A DNA stretch of 64,000 bases from Candidatus Bathyarchaeota archaeon (GTDB lineage: Archaea; Thermoproteota; Bathyarchaeia; TCS64). This document shows, piece after piece, positions 9,855 to 19,660 of this stretch. The DNA lies in the NCBI GenBank assembly GCA_963820555.1, contig CAWGAT010000036.1:4568-68567 (forward strand). Reading direction: 5' to 3'. How positions within the stretch are numbered: the first letter of the stretch is position 1; every line of letters starts with the position of its first letter. The notes below the pieces were generated by a model. It was not told where the DNA came from. It ran no database searches and saw nothing but the letters and a program-made list of their open reading frames with translations. Made by a program: the position numbers and the translations under genes.

Positions 9855-10886
9855 ATGGTTGAGGGGATTGTGATGGTCGAACTCTCGAAGAGGCAGGAGG
9901 AGGAGGCAATGCGCATCCACAAGGAGGCCGTCGTCGTCGACACCCACTGCGACACATTGATGGCGTTCATGCCACAGCAATATGGGCAGCCGCCGGCCAG
10001 GAAGCTCGGTGAGCGAGGCGAGAAGGGCCACCTCGACCTCCCCCGGATGAGGGAGGGGGGAGTGGACTGCCAGACATTCGCCATGTACACGGGGCGCCGT
10101 GAGGGGCAGCCCGACGCCCTCCTCACGGCGATGCAGATGACCGACGTCTTCTACAGGGAGATGGAGGAGAACAAGGAGGACATAGTGCCCGTTGTCTCCG
10201 TCGGGGAGATACTCGCCGCGAAGGAGGTCGGGATGTGCAGCGGCCTCCTATCCATCGAGGGGGCGGAGCCCCTGATGGGGGACCTCGGGGTGCTCCGCGA
10301 CTTCTACAAGCTCGGCGTCAGGATGATCAGCTTCACATGGAACTGGCGCACGCCCTTCGCGGATGGCCTCGCCGCCTCCCGCGCCGAGAGCAAGCTCACC
10401 GACCTCGGCGTCAAGGCGATAGAGGAGATGGACCGCCTTGGCATCGTCCTCGACACGAGCCATATAAGCGACACCTGCTTCTGGGACATCGCCGAGGTGA
10501 AGAAGGGCCCCTTCATAGCGAGCCACAGCAACAGCCGCGTCCTCTGCGACCACAAGAGGAACCTCACCGACGACATGCTTCAGGCCCTCGCGGACCACGG
10601 CGGGGTGACGGGGATGAACTTCGCCCCCGACTTCATATCCAAGGATGGCGCAACCGTCGAGAAGCTTGTCGACCACATCGACTACATCGTGAAGAGGGTG
10701 GGGCCGGACCACGTGGGGCTCGGCTCAGACTTCGACGGCATAGGGACGCCCCCAGTGGGACTAGAGGACGCCTCGAAGATGCCAAACATCACTCGGGAGC
10801 TCGTCCGCCGCGGCTACGAGGAGGAGGATATAAAGAAGATACTCGGCGGCAACCACCTCAGGGTCCTCGGCCAGATCCTCAAGTAG
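9855..10886 (+). CDS. Membrane dipeptidase, peptidase family M19
   Basis: Intact 343-aa ORF with VVVDTHCDTL, LDTSHISD and ASHSNSR, motifs typical of renal-dipeptidase-family enzymes. Confidence 0.85.
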   Translation: MVEGIVMVELSKRQEEEAMRIHKEAVVVDTHCDTLMAFMPQQYGQPPARKLGERGEKGHLDLPRMREGGVDCQTFAMYTGRREGQPDALLTAMQMTDVFYREMEENKEDIVPVVSVGEILAAKEVGMCSGLLSIEGAEPLMGDLGVLRDFYKLGVRMISFTWNWRTPFADGLAASRAESKLTDLGVKAIEEMDRLGIVLDTSHISDTCFWDIAEVKKGPFIASHSNSRVLCDHKRNLTDDMLQALADHGGVTGMNFAPDFISKDGATVEKLVDHIDYIVKRVGPDHVGLGSDFDGIGTPPVGLEDASKMPNITRELVRRGYEEEDIKKILGGNHLRVLGQILK

Positions 10887-10936
10887 CGTCAAGTGACGGC
10901 GATATTTCTATCAACTCACGCGCCGAAGACTGTCAC

Positions 10937-11684
10937 GTGACTACCTTCGAGGTCCTTTTCCGAGTCAAGCACGAGGGGTGCCCTCCTCGAGCTGAGTGAG
11001 AGGCACCCGTCCATGCGGGTCTACACTTGGTGCAACAGGGTGAACGAGGTGCTCGAGGTCGAGGTGGGTGATCCCTCGGAGTACGAGGAAGTGTTGGAGG
11101 AGGTGGGGAGGGTCGCCACCGTCGTCGGGGAGTCGGAGGGCGGCGGCATCAACCTCATCGAGTCCACGTGCTTCTGCACTCCCCAGAACAGCGTGGGGAT
11201 GAACGTCGAGGACCTGCCGGTGCTCGTCGTCTCCCCCGAGGTCATGAAAGGGGGCTGGGAGCACTACCGCCTAGTCTTCTTCAGGCACGAGGACTTCGCC
11301 GAGGTGGTGAGACGCCTAGAGGGAAGGGGATTCACCGTGGAGGTGCTTGAGAAAGCGGAGATCAGGGGGTCGCTCGCTGGTAGCCTGCTGGAGGCGGACT
11401 CGGTCTTCTCCTCGTTGACGGGGAAGCAGATGGACGCCCTAATCCGCGCGTACGGCCACGGCTACTACAGGCTCCCCCGGTCAGCGGACATTCAGGAGAT
11501 CGCTAGGAGGGAGAGGGTGAAGAGGACGACGTTCCAGGAGCACCTGAAGAAGGGGGAGAACAAGATCATCGAGCGTATTATTCCCTACATGAGGCTCTAT
11601 GCCTCTAGGGCTATGGGGCGGTCAGGTGACGCCGCCAGACTTACCCCGCCTAATGGGGAGGGGAGGACGATGAACCATGACTGA
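10937..11684 (+). CDS. HTH_10 (bacterio-opsin activator-like) DNA-binding regulator; one frame disruption near 10978-10985
   Basis: C-terminal LTGKQMDALIRAYGHGYYRLPRSADIQEIARRERVKRTTFQEHLKKGENKI is an HTH_10 domain. The N-terminus VTTFEVLFRVKHEGC lies in the frame of ORF 10235..10999 and joins LLELSERHPSMRVY in the frame of ORF 11013..11684. Confidence 0.7.
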
Positions 11685-12041
11685 GGGGATCATATCGTGT
11701 TGCGGGCTGGATTGCTCGAAATGTAAGGCGTACGTGGCCACGAGGAAGAACGATTACGCCTCCGCGGCTAGAGACCGCGAGGCGCTGGTCCAACCCACGA
11801 GGAGGGCTACTACAAGCCGGAGGACATCTGGTGTGACGGCTGCCACAGCGAGCACAGGCTCCACGCCTTCTGTGCCAAGTGCCCGGTTAGGGCCTGCGCC
11901 GGGGGTCACGGCCTCGACAACTGCGCCGGCTGCGTGGACTACCCATGCGGGAAGCTGGAGTCGCTCTGGGGGTCGTGGATCGAGGCTTCGCCGGTTGAGG
12001 CGAGGACCAATCTCGACCGTATAAAGCGAGATAGAAGCTAG
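11677..12041 (+). CDS. DUF3795-like Cys-rich (zinc-binding) protein; one frame disruption near 11780-11810
   Basis: N-terminus CCGLDCSKCKAY. The shifted frame gives ...DIWCDGCHSEHRLHAFCAKCPVRACAGGHGLDNCAGCVDYPCGKLESLW..., ending at TAG 12039-12041. Confidence 0.55.
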
Positions 12042-12439
12042 AATTCCTCCATAGTCGTGGGTTTCTCCCTGCTGTGGAAGAGTCGGTCAAGCTTCTCGAC
12101 GTGGGCGGGGTCGGAGACCGTGGCCAACCCGTAGGTCAGGAGGGACCTGAAATCGACTACGCCCATTATGAGGCTGCTGAACCACTCAACGTTCATCGTC
12201 GCCTCGGCGTCGTGCCGGCCTCTGTCTAGGACCTTGGCCTCTCCGCCCTTGAACTGGATTAGGGTGGAGCCCTGGTTCTCGGGGAGGAAGCTGTCCTTGA
12301 TGGTGAGTTTGAGGCGGATGGATTCGCCGTTGAAGTCGTGGCCCGCGAGGGCTTCGAGGAGGTGCCTCGTGTCGAGGACCCTGTACATTATGCCGAGGGC
12401 CTGGGTGGCGGGTGTAGCCGCGCTCGGCCTGGGTTCCAT
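12038..12439 (-). pseudogene. C-terminal fragment of an Eis-like GNAT acetyltransferase (SCP2-like domain only)
   Basis: The 133-aa ORF matches only the C-terminal sterol-carrier-like domain pattern (IMYRVLDTRHLLEAL...NVEWFSSLIMG...). The ~270-aa N-terminal GNAT part is absent. Upstream is AT-rich non-coding sequence and then a plus-strand gene. Confidence 0.45.
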
Positions 12440-12669
12440 CTACTATCCGCTGGTTCACCATAAGAGGTCTAACATCAATAATTCAGGGTAAATGCAGTAA
12501 CGAAGACGTTGGAATATCAAGTGATGAAATCCTGAAAAAATTTCTAGAATACCAATAAAATGTCCGATGCGGCTGTTTTTCGATGAGGTAGAGCTGATTC
12601 ACTAAAAACGTGTTGTTCTGTATAACCCTTAAATGGGGCTTCTAAATCCCCTTCCCTTAGGTGTAAGAT

Positions 12670-13386
12670 ATGCCGACGGCTGGGAAGGTCTTCGTCTCTA
12701 CCGAGTTCAAGAAACTCGCCGACGTCGCCGCCGCCCTCGAGGGGCACAAGGTTGAGGAGGAGTACGCCGAGGGCGACTTCAAGCTCACCCTCCTCACCGA
12801 GGTCGCCAACGTGAAGGTAACCGAGGGCGTCCTCACGGGGCTCTACAGCTACGACCACGTCGTCTACAACTACCACCGCGGCAAGGTCCTCCCAGCCGCC
12901 GCGACGAAGGAGGTGCTCTTCAGCATGAACGAGTACGAGGGCCGCCTATACCTCGCCGTCGTCGACAAGAAGGCCATCGCGAACAGGGTCGCCAACAGGC
13001 TGAGCGAGATCGTGTACGGGGAGATGGGCGTCATAGTCGAGGCGCGTATCCTCCCCGAGACATTGAAGAAGTTCCACCTTGCCAATAAGGAGGGCACGAA
13101 GGTCATCTTCTTCGAGAACATGGACATCCCCAACATAAACAAGCTCAGCCTCTACGGCCCAGACCTCGTCGACACGAAGCTCTTCAAGGAGTACGACAGC
13201 ATCGGCGACCCGTGGTACGTGCTGGCAAAGAGCAAGAAGTACGGATACACCGTCGGCCTCGTCCGAGACGGCTCCGTCACCATCTTCAACACCGTCGATC
13301 AGGGGCAATACCTTCAATACGTGCGGGAGGAAGTGATCCCAATGACCCAGCCCCCGAGGGCTAGGAAGGATGAGGAGGAAGAGTGA
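12670..13386 (+). CDS. Conserved-looking hypothetical protein, translationally coupled to tusA
   Basis: Intact 238-aa ORF with normal composition. Its TGA overlaps the ATG of the next gene (TGATG). No motif I can name. Confidence 0.5.
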   Translation: MPTAGKVFVSTEFKKLADVAAALEGHKVEEEYAEGDFKLTLLTEVANVKVTEGVLTGLYSYDHVVYNYHRGKVLPAAATKEVLFSMNEYEGRLYLAVVDKKAIANRVANRLSEIVYGEMGVIVEARILPETLKKFHLANKEGTKVIFFENMDIPNINKLSLYGPDLVDTKLFKEYDSIGDPWYVLAKSKKYGYTVGLVRDGSVTIFNTVDQGQYLQYVREEVIPMTQPPRARKDEEEE

Positions 13387-13610
13387 TGGTGGACAAGACG
13401 CTTGACTGCACGAGTCTCTTCTGCCCGGAACCCGTATTCCGCACACGTATGGCTCTGGACGAGCTCGCCTCAGGCCAGACCCTTGAGGTCCACGCCGACG
13501 ACCCCGCCGCCTACGAGGACCTACGCCGCCTCGCCGAGAGGCTCGGCCACGAGGTGGTCTCTCTCAAGAAGGAGGGCGACGAGACCGTCATCGTAATCAA
13601 GAAGAAATAA
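13383..13610 (+). CDS. tusA: TusA/SirA-family sulfurtransferase
   Basis: 75 aa. LDCTSLFCPEPV contains the conserved CPxP active-site Cys motif. Likely start ATG 13386. Confidence 0.85.
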   Translation: MMVDKTLDCTSLFCPEPVFRTRMALDELASGQTLEVHADDPAAYEDLRRLAERLGHEVVSLKKEGDETVIVIKKK

Positions 13611-13724
13611 CAGCCATAACCCGGTATTTTTCAGAGCCTCGCCTTGAACATGCAATTATTGTATGCTTGAACTCCTCGGATACGATAGGTATATTGAGCA
13701 CAAAGGTTCGATGCCCGCCGCACC

Positions 13725-13740
13725 ACGAAAAATTTTTCGT
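13725..13740. promoter_or_regulatory. Perfect 16-bp palindrome ACGAAAAATTTTTCGT in the iscS promoter region
   Basis: Lies about 30 nt downstream of a TATA-like ggtatatt (about 13689-13696) and 87 nt upstream of the iscS ATG. This is the position expected for a repressor operator. Confidence 0.35.
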
Positions 13741-13826
13741 TATCAGTAGTAGCAGGTGATAGCCACTACCAACATCTCTGAACCCTTTTAATCCACCGAA
13801 CCCACAATCAACAAAAGGCGAAACAC

Positions 13827-14996
13827 ATGAAGGCCTACCTCGACAACGGCTCAGGAGCACCCGTCGACCCAAGAGTCCTAGAGGAGATGCTCCCCTACTT
13901 CACCGAACACGTAGGGAACCCGAGCAGCTTCCACAGCGAGGGCTTCAAGGCCCTCAAGGCGATAAACAGGGCACGCGAACAGGTCGCCGCCCTCATAAAC
14001 GCCGACCCAACCGAGATAACCTTCACCGCCAGCGCAACTGAGGCCACAAACCTCGCCATAATTGGCACGTGCAAACCGCTACAAGAACAAGGGCAACAGA
14101 ATCGTCTCAAGCGCCGTCGAACATATAAGCACCGTAAACATCTGCAAGGACCTCACCACGAGGCGGCTGGGAGTACCAGCAGGCACCTGTCGACAGGTAC
14201 GGCGTCGTCTCCCTCGAGAAACTCGACGAACTCACCACAGACAAGACCGTCATCGTCACCGTCATGGCCGCAAACGGAGAGATAGGCACCATAGAGCCCA
14301 TCACAGGACGCAGCCGCAATCGCCCACGCCAAGGGCGCCTACTTCCACACAGACGCAACCGCTGCCTTCGGCAAGATCCCCCTAGACGTCAAACAAATAG
14401 ACATAGACCTGATGACCCTCAGCAGTAACGACATATACGGCCCCAAGGGTGTCGGGGCACTCTACGTTAAGAAGACCATCCGCCCCCGCCCCGTTATCAT
14501 CGGCGGAGGCCAGGAGCAGGGGATGCGCAGCGGCACCGAGAACACACCCGGTATAGTCGGCTTCGGAAAGGCCGCCGAACTCGCCAAGCGGGAGCTGCCC
14601 GAGGAGTCGAAGCGCCTCACCGAGCTCCGCGACCGCCTCATCAAGGGCCTCACCACGACAATCCCCGAGGCCTACCTCAACGGCCACCCAACCAACCGCA
14701 CACCAAACAACGCCAACATCCGCTTCAGCTACATCGAGGGCGAGGCACTCACCCTCAGCCTCGACGACGTCGGCGTCCAGTGCAACACAGGCTCCGCCTG
14801 CGCTGCGAAGACCCTCGAACCAAGCGCCTGCCTCCTCGCCACCGGCCTCAAACCCGAAGACGCCCACGGCAGCCTCGTATTCACCCTCGGGAAAGCCAAT
14901 AATAAGGACGAGATCGACTACGTCATACAGCAGCTACCGGGGATAGTCAAGCGCCTACGCGCCATGTCGAGCATAACCCCACAGGAGCTAAAGTAG
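13827..14996 (+). CDS. iscS: IscS/NifS-like class V fold protein lacking the PLP lysine; at least three frame disruptions as assembled
   Basis: Pieces are 13827..14285, 14062..14385, an unlisted third frame ([35 protein letters not shown]) and 14412..14996. The catalytic loop GSAC is present. The usual S-x-H-K is S-S-N-D (14427-14432). Confidence 0.85.
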
Positions 14997-14997
14997 A

Positions 14998-15378
14998 ATG
15001 TACAGCGACAAGGTCATGGAACACTTCAAGAACCCCCGCAACGTCGGGGAGATAAGCGACGCCGACGGCGTCGGTACCGTCGGCAACCCCGTCTGCGGCG
15101 ACATGATGACCATGTACATCAAGGTCAAGGACGGAAAGATCGCGGACATCAAGTTCAAGACCTATGGCTGCGGCGCCGCCATAGCCACAAGTAGCATGAC
15201 GACCGAGCTCGCCATGGGCAAGACCGTCGAGGAGGCCGACAAAATCACCCGCCAGAGCGTCGCCGACGCCCTCGACGGCCTACCACCCGTCAAGATGCAC
15301 TGCAGCAACCTCGCCTCAGACGCCCTACACGAGGCCATAAAGGACTACAAGAAGAAACAGGAGGAGAAGAAGAAATGA
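14998..15378 (+). CDS. iscU: IscU/NifU-type Fe-S cluster scaffold
   Basis: Intact 126 aa. GNPVCGD, YGCGAAIA and HCS provide the three conserved Cys ligands. Confidence 0.9.
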   Translation: MYSDKVMEHFKNPRNVGEISDADGVGTVGNPVCGDMMTMYIKVKDGKIADIKFKTYGCGAAIATSSMTTELAMGKTVEEADKITRQSVADALDGLPPVKMHCSNLASDALHEAIKDYKKKQEEKKK

Positions 15379-15512
15379 ACGAGAAGGTAGTAAAGTGCCC
15401 GATGTGCGGGCTCCCGAAGGGGGAGGACTGCGACCTAATGGTCGGCAAGGGCGGGGAGAAGACCCTCGTCTGCTGCTGCGACAGACTACAGAAGAAAAAC
15501 GTTAAGAAGTAG
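15375..15512 (+). CDS. 45-aa Cys-rich mini-protein coupled to iscU
   Basis: Own translation: MNEKVVKCPMCGLPKGEDCDLMVGKGGEKTLVCCCDRLQKKNVKK. Its ATG overlaps the iscU TGA (ATGA). Below the ORF-track size cut-off. Confidence 0.4.
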   Translation: MNEKVVKCPMCGLPKGEDCDLMVGKGGEKTLVCCCDRLQKKNVKK

Positions 15513-15517
15513 TAACC

Positions 15518-16143
15518 ATGGGGATAAATACAGCACCCGAAGAGGGCCATTATTTGGATAGATTCAAGCTAGCCTCACGCCTCTCCGCCGCCCTAAACGC
15601 GCCCTTCATCACCCTCATAACCTTCATCCCCCTCATCCTCCTAAACGGCCTCAGCGAAGCCCCCCTCCTAATCGCGATAACGAGCTTCTTCGGCTGCATC
15701 CTCCCCCTAGTCATGGTCTACGGCCTCCTCAAACTCGAGATAATAAAAGACTTCTACGCCCACGAAGGGTCACGCGCTTCATCCCCTTCCTATGGACCAC
15801 ATTCTTCTACCTCCTGGGGGCGCTCAGCCTCATTCTAGTCTCGGCTCCACCCGCCGTCACCGCCTTAATGGCATGCTACTTCGTAAACGGCATAGTACTC
15901 ATGCTGATCACTCTAAAGTGGAAGATCAGCATCCACGCCAGCGGGATAACCGGGCCATTCACAGCGCTCGTCTACCTACTCGGCGCGGTGATGTTGCCCC
16001 TCCTCCTCGTCGTGATACCAGTCGCGTGGGCGAGGGTCGAACTAAAGGCCCACACAATCATGCAGGTGGCGGTGGGGGCCGTACTCAGCTGTGCCCTGAC
16101 GTGGGTACAGATGAGCTTCTACCTCCACAGGCTAATCCTTTAG
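15518..16143 (+). CDS. Polytopic membrane protein, possibly PAP2-like phosphatase; one frame disruption near 15765
   Basis: ORF 15518..15838 joins ...RRVTRFIPFLWTTFFYLLGAL... and ORF 15868..16143 (KISIHASG..., ARVELKAHTIMQVAVG). Confidence 0.35.
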
Positions 16144-16155
16144 GGAGAAGTGGAG

Positions 16156-17333
16156 CTAAGCCCCAATAATCTTTTCGCCTACCATCTGGCCGAAGGCATA
16201 CGCCCGCTTCGCCTCATCCCCATTCGGCTTGAAGACGAAGTCTATGTCGCTCTCAATCATCTGGATCCCGCTCGCCTGCATCTCGGTCTCCACCACCTTC
16301 TTCGCGCCGCCGGCCCAGCCATAGCTCCCGAAGGCAGCCCCGATCTTGTTAACGGGCTTCAGCCCGCGCATGTAGGCGAGGAACCCGGCGACAGTGGGGA
16401 AGATGTGGTTGTTGAGCGTCGGGGAGCCAACGAGGATGGCCTTCGCCTCAAGGATGTCCGCAATGACATCGCTATTTATGCTGGCCCCCAGGCAATGGAC
16501 CCTCACCTCCACCCCCTTCGAGGCTATGCCATCGGCTATCGCCCTCGCGAGGACCTGCGTGCTCCCCCACATCGTATCGTAGACCACGACGGCCCGCTTC
16601 CTGTTTACCCCCGCGACCCACCCTTGGTAGGCGTTCATTATCTTCCCCGGGTCCTTCCTCCAGACCACTCCGTGGCTCGGCGCAATCATCTCTACCTGCA
16701 CACCCTCAAGCGCCTTGAGGGCCCGTGAGACGCTCCTCCAGAGGGGCATCAGAATATTGGCGTAGTAGGTAGCGGCCTCCTGCATGAGCTCCGCCTCATC
16801 GACCTCGTCATCGAAGCGGCCGCTGGAGGCGAGGTGCTGCCCGAAGGCATCGTTGCTGAAGAGGAGTTTCTCCTCAGGCATGTAACTGACCATTGAGTCG
16901 GGCCAGTGAGCCATGGGAACGGGCACGAAGGTTAGGCTCCTCCGTCCCAGCTTGATAGTTGGCATCCTCTCGACGGGCGTCGCCTTGATGTCCTCGCCAT
17001 AGTACTTCTTGAGGATGTTAACGCAGCGCTCCGTCGCCACAAGCTCCGCGTTTTGGCAGACCTCCATTAGCCTCCGGATGCTCCCCGAGTGGTCCGGCTC
17101 CGCATGATTCGCCACTATATAATCAACCTTCTTCGGGTCGATGACTTCGGTTATTCTCGCGACCTGTTCCTCGGCGAATGGAGCCTTAACGAAGTCAATT
17201 AGCGCCACCTTCTCGTCGACGACGAGGTATGAGTTGTAGCTGACGTCCCCCTGTGGGTGATATATCCATGGAAGTTGCGTAAACTCCAATCAACTGCGCC
17301 AACCCAGTGGATGCCCTCCTTAAGCTGCGTCAT
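16156..17333 (-). CDS. fprA: FprA-type flavodiiron protein (metallo-beta-lactamase + flavodoxin domains); one frame disruption at the C5 run 17247-17251
   Basis: ORF 16156..17289 carries HAEPDHSGS and a flavodoxin-like C-terminus. The true N-terminus [29 protein letters not shown] lies in ORF 17199..17420. Adding one base to the homopolymer restores ...[16 protein letters not shown]. Confidence 0.85.
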
Positions 17334-17395
17334 GAGAACTAACCTTCGAGTTCTCCGAAGGAAGGAGTGAATAAAAGCGTTATGTGCTGGGGACC

Positions 17396-18287
17396 TCAAC
17401 CTCGAGGAGGTCGCTCGCAACCAACGGTGTTAGGGAATATCTTCACCGCCGCCTCAAGCAGTGGAGCGACGTCGCCGTATCGGCTGCTGATATGGGTCAG
17501 TATTAGGCGTCTTCACACCCGCCTTCACGGCGACCCCAGCTGCTTGGCTGAAGGTCGAGTGTCCGTCCTCCTTCGCTCGCTCAACCATGTCGTCGGCGAA
17601 CGTGGCCTCGTGTATAAGCAGATCCGCCCCCGATGCAAGCTTCGCGACCTCATCGCTTGGCCTCGTGTCCCCGGTATAGACGATGACCCTTCCACCACGG
17701 GGCGCATCGGCCACATCTAGCGACTTGATGATCCTTCCCGCGACCTCAACATCTTCCCCTTCCTGGAGTCGCTTCCAGAGTGCCCCCTCTGGCACACCAA
17801 AGGCTCTCGCCTTCTCTGGGTGAAACTTACCCGGCCTCGGTTTCTCGATGATGGCGTAGGACCAAGCCTCGAGCCTGTGATCCGCCCTGCAGACCTCTAC
17901 CTTGAAAGAGTGTCCCTCATAGACCATACCGGGCTCACCTATCTCGTGGATAGTTACTGGGAAACCTGGGCCGCCCAGGGTATTCGAGACCCCCTGTAGG
18001 AAGGCATGGGTCCCCTTGGGGCCGAATACGTCGAGGGGCTCCTCCCGCCTCTGGAGGGTCATCGATTGGAGCAGGCCCGGGACCCCTAGTACGTGGTCGC
18101 CGTGGAGATGGGTGAGGAATATCTGCTTAACCCTACTGAAACCGATGTGGGCGGCGACCATCTGCCGTTGCGTACCCTCGCCGCAGTCGAGAAGGATGAC
18201 CCCCCTCCCAATCTTCACAGCGACGCACGATGAACTCCTCTCGGGCGTAGGCAAACTCCCGCTGGTCCCGAGGAAAACGACCTTCAA
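17396..18287 (-). CDS. rnz: Ribonuclease Z; one frame disruption near 17515
   Basis: HLHGDH motif. After the shift the C-terminus reads [26 protein letters not shown]..., ending at TGA 17396-17398. Confidence 0.85.
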
Positions 18288-18336
18288 CCCTGCAAGCTCC
18301 GTCGGCTCAGAATCGAGCCCACCGATTTAAAACACC

Positions 18337-19254
18337 TCAGCGAATAGACTGAGCCTCGAACCAGTGTATCGCTTCGAGAGCTGCGGCACAGCCGCTACCG
18401 CAACTCGTAACAACTTGACGGTAGTCCATATCCATGAGGTCCCCAGCGACGTATACGCCCGGCTTTCTTGTCTTGACTCCAAACGTCTCCAGGTTACCCG
18501 ACTCGTCCATATCTAACTGTCCCTTGAATATTCCAGTGTTAGGGTCCCAGCCGATGGCTAGGAGGACGCCATCCGCGTCAATGACGCTAGCTGTCCCGGT
18601 TTTAAGACTCCTGAGCCTCACCTGCTGAACCCGTTTCTCCCCGACTATCTCCTCCACGATGGTGCTGTAGAGGAACTTTATCTTCGGCTCACTCAATGCC
18701 TTGTCAACGAGGCATCTGCAAGCCCGTAGCTCATTCCTCCTGTGGACAATCGTTACCTGGTTGGCGAACTTGGCTAGGTCTATTGCCTCTTGAACGGCGG
18801 AGTCGCCTCCCCCCACAACGATGACCTTCCTGTCCTCGTATAGGACCGCGTCGCAAGTGGCGCAAACGAAGACTCCCCGCCCGAATAGTCGATCCTCCCC
18901 AGGGACGCCGAGCCTCCTGTTAGTCATTCCTGTCGCCACGATGATTGACTTTGCCTCGAGTAACTTCTCGCCGACCCACACCCTATACGGCGAAGAGCTG
19001 AAATCGACTCGAGTAGCCTCTGCATCGATGAACTCCGCCCCGAACCTCTCCGCGTGCGCCTTGAACCTGTCTGACAACTCCGGTCCCGTGAGTCCATCGG
19101 GGAAGCCGGGATAGTTGTCGACCTGATAGGTTAGAGCTATCTGGCCCCCGATCATCGGGCCGACTATGACGAGTGTCTTAAGCTTCCCACGGGCAGCGTA
19201 CATCGCTGCTGTGAGGCCAGCTGGCCCCGCGCCCAATACTATGACGTCGTGCAA
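18337..19254 (-). CDS. trxB: Thioredoxin-disulfide reductase
   Basis: Intact 305 aa. GAGPAGLTAA FAD motif, redox CATC, and a GGGDSA NADPH-binding motif. Confidence 0.9.
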   Translation of the reverse strand: MHDVIVLGAGPAGLTAAMYAARGKLKTLVIVGPMIGGQIALTYQVDNYPGFPDGLTGPELSDRFKAHAERFGAEFIDAEATRVDFSSSPYRVWVGEKLLEAKSIIVATGMTNRRLGVPGEDRLFGRGVFVCATCDAVLYEDRKVIVVGGGDSAVQEAIDLAKFANQVTIVHRRNELRACRCLVDKALSEPKIKFLYSTIVEEIVGEKRVQQVRLRSLKTGTASVIDADGVLLAIGWDPNTGIFKGQLDMDESGNLETFGVKTRKPGVYVAGDLMDMDYRQVVTSCGSGCAAALEAIHWFEAQSIR

Positions 19255-19266
19255 CGGGGTGTCCTC

Positions 19267-19608
19267 TCAGGTGCAATCCTTGATGATGTTCTCGATGGTC
19301 TCGAGGAGGTTGACAGTGGTCTCCAGTCCGACGATCTCCCCAGTCTCAATGCCTTTGCAGTAGACCTTGAATGTGGGCGTCCCGATGACGCCCTTGTCTA
19401 TCGCGAAGCGGCGTGCCTCCCTGCTCTCCATGACGTTGAAGCGGAGCAGCCTCGCTCTGTCGCCCAATTTCTGGGGAAGCCCCTGCACCACAGGCTCGAT
19501 CTTCTTGCAGGTGGGGCATGACTGGTGCCAGAACTCGACTATGATCGGCTTATCTGACTTCATAACTTGGCTGTCCCAGTCACCGTATTGGAGATTATCC
19601 CCGGACAA
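19267..19608 (-). CDS. Thioredoxin-family protein (CPTC active site)
   Basis: 113 aa, VEFWHQSCPTCKKIEP. Located immediately downstream of trxB. Confidence 0.8.
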   Translation of the reverse strand: MSGDNLQYGDWDSQVMKSDKPIIVEFWHQSCPTCKKIEPVVQGLPQKLGDRARLLRFNVMESREARRFAIDKGVIGTPTFKVYCKGIETGEIVGLETTVNLLETIENIIKDCT

Positions 19609-19660
19609 TGAATATCACTTGATGAGAATCTGGAAAGGCCGGATTTAACCCGTTCCCCAG

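Noticed and set aside
10235-10999. 254-aa plus-strand ORF overlapping the M19 dipeptidase gene
   Set aside because: It lies in an alternative frame of a strongly supported CDS, and its translation is Arg/Pro/Gly-rich low-complexity sequence typical of off-frame GC-rich DNA. Only its last ~20 codons (VTTFEVLFRVKHEGC) are real, as the N-terminus of the HTH_10 regulator.
12522-12536. GTGATGA ... CTGA (C-box/D-box-like) in the AT-rich gap, as a possible C/D box sRNA
   Set aside because: The boxes are only 4 nt apart, with no room for a ~12-nt guide. No matching C'/D' pair or terminal stem was found.
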